DNA of 54,936 nt, the filler included, from Sphacelaria rigidula (lineage: Eukaryota): the NCBI GenBank assembly GCA_964200075.2. It is 5 parts of 5 records of this genome, joined end to end, with 100 filler letters (N's around TTAATTAATTAA, not from the genome) between each part and the next. Parts side by side here need not be neighbours in the genome. Positions count along the whole stretch, not along the records: positions 11,009 to 21,915 come from CAXNAA020005701.1; positions 22,016 to 32,922 come from CAXNAA020005702.1; 3 more parts are not named here. One strand, given 5' to 3'. A program made the position numbers and the translations under genes. Positions 11,833-23,686 of the stretch are shown in pieces. Numbering within the stretch: position 1 is the stretch's first letter; every line of letters begins with the position of its first letter. The notes beneath the pieces are model-generated. The model was not told the origin of the DNA. It saw nothing but the letters and a program-made list of their open reading frames with translations, and ran no database searches.

Positions 11833-12122
11833 GCCGGTCGCCCCGGTGGCTCAGTTGGTAACCTCGTAACCTTCTAATGGTTGAGTTGTGGGGCTCGATT
11901 CCCTGAGCGATCTGAGATTTATTCTTACACCATGCCCAACAGTGGAGAGCGACTATGTCGTGGGTACACTAAATTTTGACTTAACGGTTCGACGAGGGAA
12001 AGGGACTGCTGACCTCTCGCGATTTAAAAAAATGGCGAGCACTGCGGAAGGAAGGTGAAGAAAAAGCTCCTGTGTGACGCCGGCTGATGCGCCCAAAATA
12101 AAAGGGACGACAACACACACAC
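11833..12122 (+). mobile_element. tRNA-derived SINE
   Basis: A box TGGCTCAGTTGG, degenerate B box GGCTCGATTCC, shared body, CA-rich tail; possible TSD AATCTCG/AATCTTG. Confidence 0.85.
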
Positions 12123-12464
12123 AATCTTGTGTTATCTCACGCCCATGAAATGCGACCTTATTGGTGAATCGTGTACAAAATGCTTGCGATTGGCTCGCAG
12201 ACTTGAATCACACCTGGAGTGTACGTACTACAGTGCATGGACGTGTAGTCGCGATGAGACGGGCAGAGCATCAATAGAGAACCGTAGCAGCAAGTAATCA
12301 AACAGACTGCTGATGGTACATTACCGCCGCAGGGGGTCAGTGCGATGCTCGTGCATCGGTTTATTGCGATCTTGGTATGGCTGGTTGCGTCTTTCCGTGG
12401 CCGCGAGCCCTTACGCCTGACAGCAGCAGCGACCGGCATGCTGACGGGTGCGATGAGTAAGTAC

Positions 12465-12623
12465 CTTGGTGATGCAGTGTACCCGCGCTGTGCTGTGGAC
12501 TACTCCTTTCATCGGAGCAAGGGGTCTGGCCCAGCCGGTCGAGCGGTGTATACCGGCGTTGATTGTTTATCTTTCCCCAGTCATGTTCAGCATCTCGCGT
12601 AAATGACGGGTCTGGGCAGCGCA
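12465..12623 (-). CDS. Exon of minus-strand unknown gene
   Basis: ttttgtag|...|gtactt, 159 nt, phase 1-1: RCPDPSFTRDAEHDWGKINNQRRYTPLDRLGQTPCSDERSSPQHSAGTLHHQ. Phase fits the exon at 14575-14660. Confidence 0.45.
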
Positions 12624-13139
12624 CTACAAAATGATTTTTTCAACAGTTATGTGTAGACAGCACTGCGTGCCGACTGACATCATTTTCTGCCGAGACAAAC
12701 ACAACAACAATATCGCAGCTGTGGCAATCCCAGCGGAGACCAAACCATCGGCGTCGGGCCTAAAATCACCATGATACAGTGATAGCTACAGCACAGGAGA
12801 GAGGGCAGGATCGTGTTTGTGCCGCAGTACTGTAAAACAGCAAGTCGGAGGGGTTGTTGAGCCCACGAACAGTGTCTGGGCTGTTGGACAACATGTTTTC
12901 ACTTGATTTTAAACCGGCCCTTGATGTTGGCCGGGTGCCGATTTTGAACGCTCGGCCATAATCTCTTTACGCACGAATAACTCAATCCACTACAAAATCA
13001 TCTCCATATGTGGGTCCGAAGCCTTCAGGTAGGTGTCCGCCGGTGAACATTTGGTGCTCACAGGCGAATCGATGTTTTTTTATACTGATGTTACGAAGAA
13101 CTGTTGTTGATGAAGGGACAACGGCCACAGGAAAAAAAA

Positions 13140-13312
13140 AAACATGCTTACAGAACTGTCGGGTAACGGTATGAAAGTCTTCCAAAGGTTACAAAACTGT
13201 CGGGCATGGGTATGAAAGTCTTACAGAAGTCAAGGAACCGTCGGGTATTGTAAATACCCGAGAAAATCCCCCGGACATACGAAAAACTGTACCCTACAGG
13301 AGACAACGTTGG
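13140..13312. mobile_element. Partial copy of the 34003-34322 MITE family
   Basis: Tandem acagaactgtcgggtaacggtatgaaagtc sub-repeats and terminal gtaccctacaggagacaacgttgga. Confidence 0.65.
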
Positions 13313-14574
13313 AATTGTGCACATTGAAAATAAAGGAGTAGGGCCCAAGCTAAATCACAAAAAAAGCAGGGCGGCGCGTGCACTGCGCCAAGTTGACAAT
13401 GGCTTCTAGTGGATCGGACCTCCACACTGCCGTACTGCCTTGAGCAAAATTCTCCGAACGCTCGAGGCGGCTACCCCTCATAATTGCCGCGAGGCGGTCT
13501 AGCCACGAACCCACTTGCGGGTTTACAGTAGTGTTGGATCGGGTTTCATCCTTCCTTCAAGGAAATAATCATGGTAATAAATAGGCCGGAGCATGACTGC
13601 CGCGAGGCAGTCTAGCCGAGCCTGCAGGTGACCGGCGCACGAATCCGCTTGCGAGGTAAGTGTTGTGTCGGGCTCCCTCCTTCCCTCGAGAAACAAATAT
13701 ATATATATATATATATCATGAGCCGGAACCAGCTGCATCGCCGTCACACAAGTTCACACAGTACAGTGTACCCTTTTGGTGTTCGCCGGCGAACCCACTT
13801 CTTTCTTCGATCGGGGTTCGGAATTACTGCTATTGATTGAGGGGTGTAGTTCCTACATTTATTGCGCGTCATGATTTGGTAAACCACTTGGACTCGTGGC
13901 CGGAACCAACGACATGACCGTCTTATCGTCTCGACCAAACAGTGCCATGCATTATTACATCAGCTGTAATCGCGACGCCGGGAGTCCATGCGTATGTACA
14001 ACACAAACAACTGTCTGTTCCTTGCTGAACAGGTGAAGGGCACGGCGTATCACGGGTGGGTGTAGGTGCGGGTGTGGATGGGTGGAGATTTTGGGCCGGA
14101 CGTTTCCGAAGTCCCTCTCCCCCCCCCCCCTCCCCGCGCAGCTGATTGAAGCAGGATGAACACATGTTTATACGCACATAGGCAAAACGCATAAAACCGC
14201 AGTGAAAAGTTTGCCTTACTCAAAAAATACCTCATCCATTAGCGGTTGTTTGCTATTGATTCTTCGACAGACCGTACCTCTAAACCTCCCAACCCTCCCT
14301 GTCAACTATGTCGAGCTGCAATCCTACTGTTCAACGCTAGAACACGAAAGAGATCCTGTCGAGAGCCCGAACGGTAACTATTATGAAGGCTATCTTCCCC
14401 CGCGCAAGTATATTGCCAGACTCCAACCAAGAAGCCGGCGGGACCGTCAGATGTGCCATTTGATCGTGGGTGCTAAATGATAACGTAACTGCCATTTTTT
14501 TCAAGTGAAGATGGTGCCGATGTAACAAATCAACCACCCTGGCGGTGGAAGGGTTACTGCCACCTGCAGCTCAC

Positions 14575-14660
14575 CGGGTATGGGTTTGTTTCGCGGTGCA
14601 CGAGGACGGCCGGCCGGAAGGCTCGTGCTTTGTCTTTCTGCCTCGACAATCACGGACGCC
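14575..14660 (-). CDS. Exon of minus-strand unknown gene
   Basis: gcacag|...|gtgagc, 86 nt, phase 2 to 1: ASVIVEAERQSTSLPAGRPRAPRNKPIP. Confidence 0.45.
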
Positions 14661-16990
14661 CTGTGCTACGATTTGCTCCCGGCACCAAGCAACATCATGC
14701 TTGTGACGGGATTCCTTTGGTGTACATCTTGGTGAACACGCTATAGCGTGTTCGGGGTACGGCCATCAGTGCCGCAAATGCTACGCCACTCTATAATAGC
14801 CTTACTCAGCCCTCCCTCGCTGTCCTCTTGTTCCGCTCATGTCCGCGTTGTTGCTTCATTTGTTGGCCGGTGATGTGGCAGGCGCATGACCCTCGAGGAA
14901 GCGGGAAAATCCTGGCAGCAGGCGGTGCGCGACCGTAGCCCAGCTTCAGATTTGACCTCGCTCCAGATGCCAACCCCGGCCTCGTGAGGGTACTGTGGAA
15001 ACGAGCTTGAGCTGGTTAATTGTGGTCGGGTATATCCGGTTCGATGTTTCGCTAATCTGTGCATCTTGATGACATGACATGATGGATCATCGGTGAACGT
15101 GGGTTTTTGCTTGAAGAAATGAGGTCCATTGCTGGCCCCCCCTTAGAGTGTTGTTCTTCCCTACTCGACTGATGAAAAAAAAAAAAAAAACGTGTGGAGG
15201 TTTCACGGGAATTGAGGTGATACGGGATGAGATCTGAGTCCCGTCCATAATCCTCCACAACTTTAGATTTGTTGTGTGTTGGAGTGACGTTATGACACCA
15301 CTATTTTTGGCCATGCTCCATGTCGCGATGCCCGGCATGTGCAGTACTAGTTGCAGTACTCGTACACGCTCCTCTTTTCTTTTGGAAAAGACGCTTTGTT
15401 GTTTTCGTGTGTATGTTTTTGTCTGTTCAGGTCCGGGAGTTGAAGGGTTAATGTCATGTATGAGATGAGGAGATACTGGTTTGGGTCGAACTTTATATAT
15501 ATTTTCTTTTTTTCTTACTTTACACCCTCATTGGGCAAAAAAAAAAGAAGAGGTGAGCGGGTTTCTTTTTTTTCTTCTAGTCATGTGTTCCTAAAACCTC
15601 ATTCTGTTGTCTAGAAGAGACGTTTCCAGGATATTAACGAGTGACTACTGGCTGTTGCGATAGAGGTGGGCGGCATGCATTGCATGAAGTTGCTAGCTTA
15701 GGGAAGGACCACTTGATACTTGGCTACGAGCCTATGAGTTTTTTTTGTTCCATATAGTGCAGTACAGGACAGGGGAAGTGGCTTATGGGGTCACCCAATG
15801 TTCGCGTTATCTCATTGGACAGCGGACAACCAGTTTCGACAACCTCTTCCCTCAGGCGTCGCACTGACCTTCCATTCTTGAACACATAGTGTCCCTTTAT
15901 CGCTGTACAGTACACTGCGTGTAGAATATATATATATATATATATATTTCGTGTGTTGTGGCATGCCTATTTACATTACGTGTATTTTGGCATGCATTAC
16001 GAGAAAAATAAGAAGGCCCGCAGCTGAAGGCACGATCGGTCGCATCAATCTAACAGTCGGGTTCGTTGCTGTGCGTCTTTTGCTATTCCTCGCCGCTAGC
16101 AAATGATCGTACGCGAAATGGACCCCGTGTTTGGTGGAATCTGAATCTGATAGTCGACAGATGAGAAGATTAGTCCCAGACACGATATCCTTTACCGTAT
16201 ATCCTGCCGTCTAAGCAAACCGCGAGGCAGGATAGGAAGGAGAGACAGGAATACTTTCGTCGCGACTCTTGTGTATCGCATTGATTGCTTGTTCCTCCCG
16301 ACGAACTGAGGATCGATCCTGACTGGGTCTCAAGTTGTGGGCAGAGTATTCACGTACCGTGACATACGTTATTTTCCTTGGAATATTGTGTTTTACGAGT
16401 TTGCTGAGGACGTACTTGAGTCCATGCAGCACTGTTGTTTTTTAGAGATGACGCTCGCGGGTGTAAGAGTCGGCGTTGCGAGATCCCTTTTGGTTCGTGG
16501 AAACGGACAACACGTGCACTTTTTCTTGGTTTGTGAGTACGGACGCGGAATCCTTTTTGGTTCGGTTCGTGGATGGGGAACCTTTCTGGATGCGGTTTCG
16601 GCGTGTTGTTGTCGAACAAGGTCCTACATTCCTTCCCTGAATATTTTTTTCACCGGTTGGCCTCCCAGTTGTGGAGCGTATCACCATGACTGGGTCATGT
16701 TCACCTTGTACTTGACGTTGAGCCTCTCGTGCCTACTAAATTCTGCAAGTGTTCGCTTAACGGGCTATAGTACGGCTTATTATTATTTTATTTTCACGTA
16801 GCACAGCAGCACAGTCCTTCGCCGACAAATTGGTGGTGGGTAGTTGGCTTGCTTTCATTTTTGGCGACTCAGTTGGTTGCAAATAGACAGCAGGAGAATA
16901 TGACTGACGGTGTTGATGCCGTGACGGACGTGTGCACCCCCCCTCTCCCCTTCCCCGTGGCGTGTTTGTTCTTGCAGCCCAGTAGCTTAC

Positions 16991-17102
16991 CCTGCTGCTC
17001 GTGGGTTGTGTATGGCGATATGTTTGATGATATCTTGATTTGGATTATACCACCCAAGACGTGGGAAAGACTTGCTGTTCCTTCCAAGGGAATCCCAGCG
17101 CC
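16991..17102 (-). CDS. Exon of minus-strand unknown gene
   Basis: ctacaag|...|gtaagc, 112 nt, phase 1 to 2: RWDSLGRNSKSFPRLGWYNPNQDIIKHIAIHNPRAA. Bridges the phases of the neighbouring exons. Confidence 0.4.
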
Positions 17103-18107
17103 CTTGTAGAATGTTTCGTACGCTCCCCCGCCTCACTTTTTGAGGAATCATTGGTGGTTTGCGTACAACCCGCAAAATATCACGCCCCCGTTAGTATCCC
17201 TGTCATCTCTTGGGAATGCGACTTCGGCCGAAATCGAAACTGAACTTACACGTACAGTGAACGGATATCCGGGGGGGGGGGAGGCGGTGGAGGGGGTGTA
17301 CCTTCCATGATGTATAGCTTACTTGATTTTGAGTTTTCAGGACCGATTTAATCGGGAAATGGTAAATGCAGTGACATCTATTTTTGTTCCGTATCTTCAC
17401 TCCGAGAGTTCTTTTTGCTTCACGTATCACTATTGTACGGGGTGTTATCGTATCGTGTGTACTCAGTTGTCGTTTTTCTCGTGTCAGAATCACGCGTGCC
17501 TACAATGAACAAATCGGCCAGCTTGCTAAAGTCGTTATTTCCCGGAGGACGCATCATTTCGGATTTTCGTCGGATAAAAAAAGACTGAATATATTTGTGT
17601 GTTGTGGTAGTTGCCCGAGTATATAGGGGGGAAAGGGCCGCGGAGCGGCGTCGATGCGTGCGCTGGTCTATATGTTCCATGGTCATTACGTGTTGTTGTG
17701 TAAGGCAGCGGGTACATTTCGCTCAGCGGAGGATCGGACAAAGGGATAATGCGCTTTCTTTTTTCAGAGTCAGTCAGCCCCCCGTTCCGCTTGATATCTC
17801 CTTCCTTTTCTTTCTTGGCGGTAGCTTCTTTGGTGAGTGTATAAAAGCTAGCCCGTTTTTTTTGTGTTTGGCAGAGGACAAGCTCAAAACACTATACTAT
17901 CCCGATCGAACAGTTACAGTAGCTTGACACAGACATGTACGAGAGTGAGTGGGTACGTTTGTACCAGAGTTATGCTTCATATACAGACAGAATGGGCAAA
18001 GTGGTACGCATGAAGAATCACAAATAGGTAGCAAGCTGCGAACGCTTTGTCCCGCAAATAGGAAAATGATCCCCGTAGGTTCAGTTCAGAAGAGTTCTCC
18101 ACGCACC

Positions 18108-18414
18108 CGGGGTCCCCGAATACATGGTTGCAAATATTTGGTTTTGGTGTGAAGCGTCATATTTAGGTCTTTTCAGGGATTGCAATCCCAAGAACTTGCC
18201 CTGCGTGCTTCGCGCGAGTTTCGGCTTATGGCGCCGATTTTGGCTCCGCCAACGCACGCTTCGCCTACGTACGAAAATTACTGTTACGTACCCCCGCCCC
18301 TCCCTCCCCCGCTCCCTCTTGCTTGAGGGCTGTGGATGTACCTTCGGGGGTTGGGGTGAGGGTTGGGCTTAGCGGTATGGGTATGGTCTGATCAACCACG
18401 GATTCGGGGAGCCG
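18108..18414. mobile_element. MITE of the shared-core family (different TIR)
   Basis: TIR CGGGGTCCCCGAATACATGGTTG vs CGGCTCCCCGAATCCGTGGTTG; core ggcgccgattttggctccgccaacgcac and a degenerate GGGTTRGGG tract as in the 51540 copy. Confidence 0.65.
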
Positions 18415-18572
18415 TATTGGGGAGAACCCCCCTAGGTAGGTAGGTTTTGTGTCGATGTCAGGCAGATGTTCTCTGCGTGTGTGCGTGTGTGCGCGTGCGC
18501 GCGTGCGCGTGCGTCTACGTTTGTCTTATCGTTTCGTGTTTGCCGACTCGGAAGAAGTCATGGTTGGATTTC

Positions 18573-18760
18573 GTTGATTGGTGATTGATTGATCGATTGA
18601 TTGATTATCTCACATGAGCTGATAGCAACAATATAGCCTGTGGTCAGGAGCAGCAAAACAAAACAAAACAGGATAATGAAAGAAAAAAAAAACAGAAAAA
18701 TACAGAAGCAACGGCCTCATGGAGGAAAGAAGGAAGGAAGCAGCGATTATTATGGAATTA
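18573..18760 (-). mobile_element. LINE-type 3' end with (TCAA)n tail
   Basis: Reverse complement ...gaccacaggctatattgttgctatcagctcatgtgagataatcaatcaatcg, preceded by a pyrimidine-rich tract. Confidence 0.55.
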
Positions 18761-19560
18761 TTATCGGGCAGAGACAGTTTGGCGTATTTCGGGCAGATAA
18801 CTTTTTGTTGAATCCGAGAAACACGAAAGGCGTTGGTACCACAGCATATGAAGTGCGGCGGTGGATGAAGAAGGGAGAGGGTGTTGGATGCCGAGACGGA
18901 CGGAGTGAGTCATGTTTCATGAGGATCCTGGATAATGGTTCACCGGCTCGACATGCGCTCTGAAGGAGGCGGGGGTGAGGGGGTACTCATTGGACCGTTG
19001 ATCATGCACGCATCCATTTCGAGACGGGGGGGTATCGTTTCTACCCGATCTGAGCTGGGCGGGGAATTCATGTCTGAAATCCGAGAGACATGGATTATTT
19101 GCACGGAAAGGGAGACAGTTCTTCGGGGCGTCCTTAGTTTTGTTGCTGGTGCGGAGCTGCCTTTGCCTCGTCGGACCGACCGCGCGCATTTGGTTTGTGG
19201 CCACGACGGGCTTCTGACCTCTTGGCTGCAGGATTCGGCTACGTGTTATTAAGCGTGAATTGAGGTCGGCGTACGTACGTCGAGTGAGGGAAGTGTGTCC
19301 TGGGAACGCTCATTATCTCATGTTTTATTTCTCGCACGCAGTTCTGCCGAGGCGGTTGTTAAGAATCGTACCGTAGCCTGCATACACAGTATCTTGGAAT
19401 CCATCTAGTTAGTTTTCGTTTGTTCGTTTTTCCATTTTTTTCACTTCCGCGTCGTTTCCTTCATCAAACATATGATTTTTTCTTGCACTTGATCTTTGAG
19501 ATCTCAAATAGCTGTGATGCCAAGCGCACACTACTTCACCTCCTCTCCTCTCTCGCTCAC

Positions 19561-19711
19561 CATCAATGTACCCCAGGCCGGGCGCCGTGCATGAAGATGG
19601 CAGCGCTTGCGACTTTTGATGGGAATATACTCCCTCGCGTCCTAAAGCGACTTCGCGAACGCCCCAGTTTGTATAAGCGGACTCGCGATGCCGTCTTGCG
19701 GGTGCCGTGTG
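19561..19711 (-). CDS. Exon of minus-strand unknown gene
   Basis: cgcag|...|gtgagc, 151 nt, only one frame open, phase 0 to 1: HTAPARRHRESAYTNWGVREVALGREGVYSHQKSQALPSSCTAPGLGYID. Confidence 0.4.
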
Positions 19712-20214
19712 CTGCGCTGCTGAGCACGGGACTCAGATGTTGGAAAACAAGACAAAGTACGTACAGGTAGTCGATGTGTCTTGTTTGTGTGAATTTCAGA
19801 CATTATATAGGAAATGGAGGTACAAATTGCGACGGTTCAACGAAGTATTTTTTTATTCACGTACTGTTCAGTACGTACCTTTGACGTTACACTTGGGGAA
19901 GAAAAAAGTACTCGGCATATTTACGATGAATAATCTGCCCACACAGGAGTTGCCGTCGGACAGTGTACCTGAGCAACTAGGATGTGTGAAAGCTGGCGCG
20001 ACTGACGCGTCAGCAATACGTTGAATTGGATAATCCAATCTGACTTGCGGTGCGTCCAGTGACTCGGAGTTGTTTTGTATCTTGCGAGACATGAAGCAGC
20101 TTGGGAGTGACGATCCTCACCTCCCCCCTCGCCCCTCACTTTCCGACATTTCTCTGCGTTCGAAGGAGAGGAAGTGTTTTATTCTGTCTTGCGCAAATAG
20201 GCGCCAGTGAACAC

Positions 20215-20341
20215 CGTTTCTACTTTGCTTTTTACTGCGGGAACAAGTGAGCCTTGCAGCCGCTGTACATCTTCCGCAATCTTATCCAGTGAGAAGAGGT
20301 TGCCTCTTGACACTACCGCATCACACCAGCGTTCCCATGAA
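20215..20341 (-). CDS. Exon of minus-strand unknown gene (donor position uncertain)
   Basis: actag| phase 2 entry, open frame SWERWCDAVVSRGNLFSLDKIAEDVQRLQGSLVPAVKSKVET; only weak phase-0 GT donors available. Confidence 0.3.
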
Positions 20342-20799
20342 CTAGTTCTTGTGGCGGTACTTCATCTACCCGCGCACTTTAAGTGACGAAGTAGGTGTAC
20401 GTGCTAAACATTGTTGGCCATCACGACGTGGAGCTTGCTATGAAGCCAGCTCGAGTTACTATCCATTTGATGGCGGCTTTCTTGGGAACAATCTGGACCG
20501 CGATGCCTTCACGACCATCGAAAATGTTCTAATGTTTTTTATGCATTTACACCTGATGATCATACTAAGTATGTGACCGTTTCGACATATTCCCGCGCAA
20601 CATGGTCGTAACTAGGGCCTGATCACATGGTGACTGGCGTCACGACGTGATTCATGCCGCGATGTTCGCCAAAAACAAGAATTGCAGCCCCTATCGTAGC
20701 ATTGGCTGATCCCGAGAATAAAAGTGGCTGGTTTGGGGATACAAGATCAAGATCTATACATGAGAAGCACAATGACAACAGCCTCGGCGAGCACACCGA

Positions 20800-21027
20800 G
20801 CAGCTGAGAACTCCCATGCTGGGGACTATTTTCGCCAGTATCGCCCATAATATGAGGCGCTTCATGCTGTATATGAAACTAGCTATCATACTCTGTATGA
20901 CGATTCTCCTCGTGACATTTTGGGGATGGGTTGAAGGGCGGGTGGTTATCGCGATATCACGCATGTGCATTCTTCATGTGTCCATATTCCTAGACCGGTT
21001 AACATGATGTGGGGTTATATTAGGTCA
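20800..21027. repeat. Dispersed repeat (unclassified TE fragment)
   Basis: 20935-21027 recurs at 21545-21630; 20810-20930 resembles 29160-29290 (cgccaRtatcgcccat...gaggcgct.catg). Confidence 0.55.
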
Positions 21028-21037
21028 AGTATCTACG

Positions 21038-21402
21038 ACCGGTCGGCCCGGTGGCTCAGTTGGTGACCTGAAAACCTTTTTTTGACGGTTGGGTCATGGG
21101 TTCGAATCTCGGCGCAGTCGTACGATTTGGGATTTTTTCCAACAGTGGAGAGCGTCTACAGCATGTCGTGCGTACACAAAAATTCGACTTCACGGTCGAG
21201 AGGGAAAGGAAGTGCTGAACTCTCTCGCGATATTGAAAATAAGGCAAGCACCGCAGAAGGAAGGTGCAGAACCAAAACAAAGAAAAAAGAAAAAAAACTC
21301 CTGTGTCGACCTTGCTCGTGTGTGACCCAGGCTGGTGCGCCCACATTTACTGAAAGGTGTAGACTTGCGTCCAGAATAGATGGGATGACAACACAACAAA
21401 CA
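21038..21402 (+). mobile_element. tRNA-derived SINE, full length
   Basis: A box TGGCTCAGTTGG, B box GGTTCGAATC, shared body, tail ACAACACAACAAACA. Confidence 0.9.
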
Positions 21403-21676
21403 TTTACCATCATGTTTCTTCGGAGATTTGAAAAAAAATCGGACTTTCCAAAGATTTTCCGAATTATTGCGTTCAGACTGTCCGAAAAAAAGCAGCTTGA
21501 TCTTCTCTCCAAAGCTTCGTTTCTGGAGAAGTCCGACAAGTTGAAGGGGGGTGGCTATCGCGATATCACGCACATGCCTTCTTCGCGTGTACACGTTCCT
21601 AGACCAGTCAACATTTTGTCGTATTAGGTCCCTTATTTTCGACAGTGTTTCTTCGGAGATTTCTGCTTTCCGAACT

Positions 21677-21860
21677 AATAACGTTTTCGTGAAATAGAGA
21701 GTTGAAGGTACGATTGAGTGTGAAAAGCGGTCAAATAGTGAATAAGCCGTTTCAGTTCCGAAAGGTACCTCCACCAGGCCCAATATTCTCTCTGTAGTAG
21801 CTTGCCACTGAGGCCATCGATACCCCTGAGGGTATCAACGTGTAGCTGTAAGAACATGTG
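21677..21860. mobile_element. Partial inverted copy of the 25636-25946 MITE
   Basis: gttttcgtgaaatagagagttgaaggtacgattgagtgtgaaaagcggtc... is the reverse complement of 25760-25945. Confidence 0.7.
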
Positions 21861-22434
21861 TGGGAGATATCCTTTGCAGTGACATATCAGAGACTGATGT
21901 CACACATGTATACAGNNNNNNNNNNNNNNNNNNNNNNNNNNNNNNNNNNNNNNNNNNNNTTAATTAATTAANNNNNNNNNNNNNNNNNNNNNNNNNNNNN
22001 NNNNNNNNNNNNNNNGGGGGGGTGGGGGGGGGGGGGGGGGGGGGGGGGGGTCTCTCCGCGGAGCTTCGGAGAAACTCACGGAGTCAGCCATGTGTGTTTG
22101 GAAGTTTCTCGCCGAAGATTATGAGCCGTGCACGAGGCCCGTGTGGTGCGGGATGACTATTCTGACCAATCACGGTCGTCAAAATGAGCAGTTTTGTTCC
22201 GGTAGAGGTAGACACCTGGTAGACGCATTCGCCGTCTACCCTCAAATCTCGTGTTGATCATGTCAAATCAACCATAGATTATATAACCAAAAAACAAGTG
22301 TTGGAGCATCTTCGGTACACTGTGCGTGTCTGTCTGTTCAGTACTGCCTGAGCGTCCGACTAGCTCCACACCTCCATCTGGTATAAAACGTCATGGCACA
22401 ACACGCGAGCGGCGGCCACGAGTATCCTACGCAC

Positions 22435-22589
22435 GTAGATGTAGACAAGTACTTCGACGGTGAGGCGACCGCCATCGCCGAGAAATTTGCTTCATGGTAG
22501 TCAGGGGCGTTCGCGGCGGTAGTCATGACGCCATATCCAAACGCACGATGCGTACACTCGGCACGTTCAACACCGTAAGATCCAGTACA
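22435..22589 (-). CDS. Exon of minus-strand unknown gene
   Basis: gtctgcag|...|gtgcgt, 155 nt, only frame 0 open, phase 0 to 2: CTGSYGVERAECTHRAFGYGVMTTAANAPDYHEANFSAMAVASPSKYLSTS. Confidence 0.45.
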
Positions 22590-22913
22590 CTGCAGACCGC
22601 ACGAGCAGCCGCGACACGATACACGACAGACTGCACAGCGAAATATGAGGCGTAATGATCAGGTGGGCGACAACGACACCACCGTCTGTGTTATGACTCT
22701 CACAACTATGTGCCTCTTATGCACTCCCGGTCCCTTCCGCCGTGGAGTAGGCGTTTTGAGTTGTGACAAAGGAATGATTCTGAACCCAAGAAGTGGAGTG
22801 TCTACCTCAGTCTACCAGCGGGAGGGTCGCCGTCTAAGGGTTAACTAGTAGAGTCTTCCTTACCAGTTTGCTCTTCTGTACAACTTGACTGTTATTTGAA
22901 TACACGAGCTCTC

Positions 22914-22983
22914 CAACATGCGACCACGGCTGGACCCCTGGTGGGTCAGTTGAAGTACGACAATCAATCAATCAATCAATCAA
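22914..22983 (+). mobile_element. Severely 5'-truncated RTE LINE 3' end
   Basis: aacatgcgaccacggctggacccctggtgggtcagttgaagtacgacaatcaatcaatcaatcaatcaa, near-identical to the LINE end at 48560-48615. Confidence 0.8.
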
Positions 22984-23239
22984 GCTCCAGGAAATCGGCA
23001 CAAGAGCCCGTCCGCGGGGTGAGTATTTGAGGGGGCTTTCCTTCTTCCTTCAGCGGAGGAAAGAAAAAAAGAAACACCATCGACTACTATTACTATAATG
23101 ATCGGAAGGTAGAAGCTGCAACTTTACGCTGTAAATAAAATAACAACCAAGCATGGTAGACGAGGACTTGGGTACAGAGTTGTCTTCTTCAAAATATTTT
23201 TTCGGAACACCCACAATGGCCAGGCCGACAGAAGGCCAC

Positions 23240-23417
23240 CTGCACGACTGGGCGGTGGATGGGTGAAGCCCGTTCATCACCACGGTGGGTCATCCGGGTG
23301 TGGAAGGCTTTTTTCAAGCGGAGATGATGCTGATTCAACGATTGGCCCACCCTGGCCGTCAGAACGTGAAGAACCGGTCTGAGAAACTGCTCTTTTTTGA
23401 GATTCCGATGACACCAG
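23240..23417 (-). CDS. Candidate exon of minus-strand gene overlapping a piggyBac-like MITE relic
   Basis: cctgtag|...|gtggcc, 178 nt, phase 2 to 0, which fits both neighbours: WCHRNLKKEQFLRPVLHVLTARVGQSLNQHHLRLKKAFHTRMTHRGDERASPIHRPVVQ. Donor is weak. Confidence 0.4.
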
Positions 23418-23686
23418 CTACAGGTATACGAGTAGAGCAGCACATATGACAACAGGCAGACTGTGGTAGCGACACAGACTGTTGGGGTAGATGCCACACC
23501 GTGAACAAGGAGAGTGATTTGGCGATTTCTTGTAAAACAATTGCGTCCGTGCAGAAAGTGCAAGCAAGCAGCAACCTCGTACCAGCCATGCCTTACCCGG
23601 CGAAACCCCACATCGCACATTACACACACAACCCCCCCACAGACAAGATATCCACACACGCTTCAACGAAACACACCGGAACGTAC

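Noticed and set aside
14807-14992. Extra exon candidate for the minus-strand gene
   Set aside because: Splice-like sites are present, but all three frames contain a stop before or at the donor.
22016-22050. Long poly-G run as a G-quadruplex element
   Set aside because: Directly abuts a gap; length is unreliable and may be a sequencing artefact.
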